From positions 1-18,474 of the forward strand of contig CAVTNB010000004.1 of NCBI GenBank assembly GCA_963736005.1: a DNA stretch of 18,474 nucleotides, given 5' to 3'. The first letter of the stretch is position 1; every line of letters begins with the position of its first letter. The position numbers were made by a program, and so were the translations under genes. The stretch comes from an uncultured Pseudomonadota bacterium. GTDB taxonomy: Bacteria > Vulcanimicrobiota > Vulcanimicrobiia > Eremiobacterales > Eremiobacteraceae. A model generated the notes under the pieces. The model was given only the letters and a program-made list of their open reading frames with translations. It ran no database searches and was not told where the DNA came from. This document shows, piece by piece, positions 17,504-18,474 of this stretch.

Positions 17504-18383
17504 ATGCGCATAGTAGTCATCGGTTCGAAGGGGCAAGTCGGCAGTGAGGTGGTACGTGCCGCACAGGCTGCCGGCATTGAGACCCTTGAGCTCGAGCATA
17601 GCGAATATCGAAGTCACCGATCAGAACCAGTGTCGAACGCGCCTTGTCATCTTTGCGGGAGGGCGACGTTGTCGTGAACACGGCGGCATTCCATCGCACC
17701 GACTAGTGCGAGGAGAACTCGATCGAGCATGTCAAGTCAATGCCATCGGTGCTCACCGCGTCAGCGTTGAAGCACGTCGTCGGAGCGTTGCAGCTGTTTG
17801 ACATAAGCACCGATTTTGTTTTTGATGGTGCTCAGAGCAAGCCATATGTCGAAAGCGACGCGGCGCATCCGTTGAACGTTTATGGCATGACCAAACAAGC
17901 AGGCGAGATCCTCGTGCGGACAGCAAACCCTCATCATTATATTGTGAGAATGTCTGCAGTGTTCGGCGTCGCCGGCAGTAGCGGCAAAGGCGGCAATTTT
18001 GTCGAGACGATGGTTGCGAAAGCGCGCGCCGGAGCATCCCTCGCGTGGTCGATGACATCGTCATGGCTCCGACGTCGGCAAGCGATGCGGCGAAGCTGCT
18101 GGTGAACATTTTGCAGGTGCGCGCACCGTTTGGCCCTCATCACCTCGGCAAATGCCGGTGAATGCAGCTGGTGCGAATTTACGAACGCGATCTTTGAACT
18201 TATTGGTTCCCCAGTGCGGGCCACCCCGGTTCACGCCGCTGAGGTCACAGGCAAGGCCCCACGCCCGCCATACTCGGTGCTCGCCAGTGAGAAACTTGGC
18301 AAAGCTTGGCTTGAAAGCGCGTCCTTGGAAGGAAGTCCCTTTCGGAGTATCTCGTGCGGAAGGGGTACCGGGCGCGCGAATAA
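17504..18383 (+). CDS. rfbD: dTDP-4-dehydrorhamnose reductase; frameshifted, with one in-frame TAG as sequenced
   Basis: ATG 17504 reads MRIVVIGSKGQVG (Rossmann GxxGxxG). Then DVVVNTAAF, VNAIGA, ISTDFVFDG...PYVESD...PLNVYGMTK (YxxxK), NFVETM, VDDIVMAPT, ANAGECSW.EF...IF, APRPPYSVL. Final frame EYLVRKGYRARE-TAA at 18381-18383. Confidence 0.9.
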
Positions 18384-18474
18384 ATTCGCGCGACTACATT
18401 GCATTCATCGAGCGCGCGAATAAATGTTGGGCGATTTGCCAATCGCCCGCTACGGGCGGAGCGGACCTAAAGGT
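18373..18474 (-). repeat. Second REP-like cluster with several distinct GTAG-type palindromes
   Basis: 18373-18400 matches 17463-17490 with one mismatch. Half copy at 18412-18425. A different element at 18429-18453 reads GTAGCGGGCGATTGGCAAATCGCCC on the minus strand. A further palindrome, GCGGACCT-AA-AGGT, is cut by the window end. Confidence 0.8.

Noticed and set aside
15284..18383. Genuine pseudogenes or programmed frameshifting in punA, pdp and rfbD
   Set aside because: Indels are too many and scattered while motifs and lengths are preserved; sequencing error is more parsimonious.
18130..18423. 97-aa ORF as a separate gene or as the true rfbD end
   Set aside because: Its first part is a frameshifted piece of rfbD; RfbD-like sequence (W...L.EYL) continues in another frame ending at 18383.

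Overview
Bacterial, moderately GC-rich window holding a cell-surface glycan biosynthesis/modification locus (119-15277) followed by nucleoside-salvage and dTDP-rhamnose genes. In order: a GT2+GT4 fusion glycosyltransferase (-); a secreted Gly/Ser/Thr-rich surface protein with its own terminator (+); a large AftD/YfhO-like GT-C membrane protein split by one frameshift (-); a SAM methyltransferase, a 1076-aa polytopic GT-C-like protein and an AsnB-type amidotransferase (+); a GT4 (-); then murJ, purine nucleoside phosphorylase, pyrimidine-nucleoside phosphorylase and rfbD/rmlD (+). From about 14900 onward every gene is full of 1-nt indels while keeping its catalytic motifs, which looks like low-quality long-read consensus rather than true decay. 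GTAG-type REP palindromes with several different stems flank rfbD, and one appears to supply its stop codon. The best candidate for an undescribed system is a lipid-linked (GT-C) surface or protein glycosylation locus sitting beside a possible substrate protein. All family calls come from motif recognition by eye; no database searches were run.
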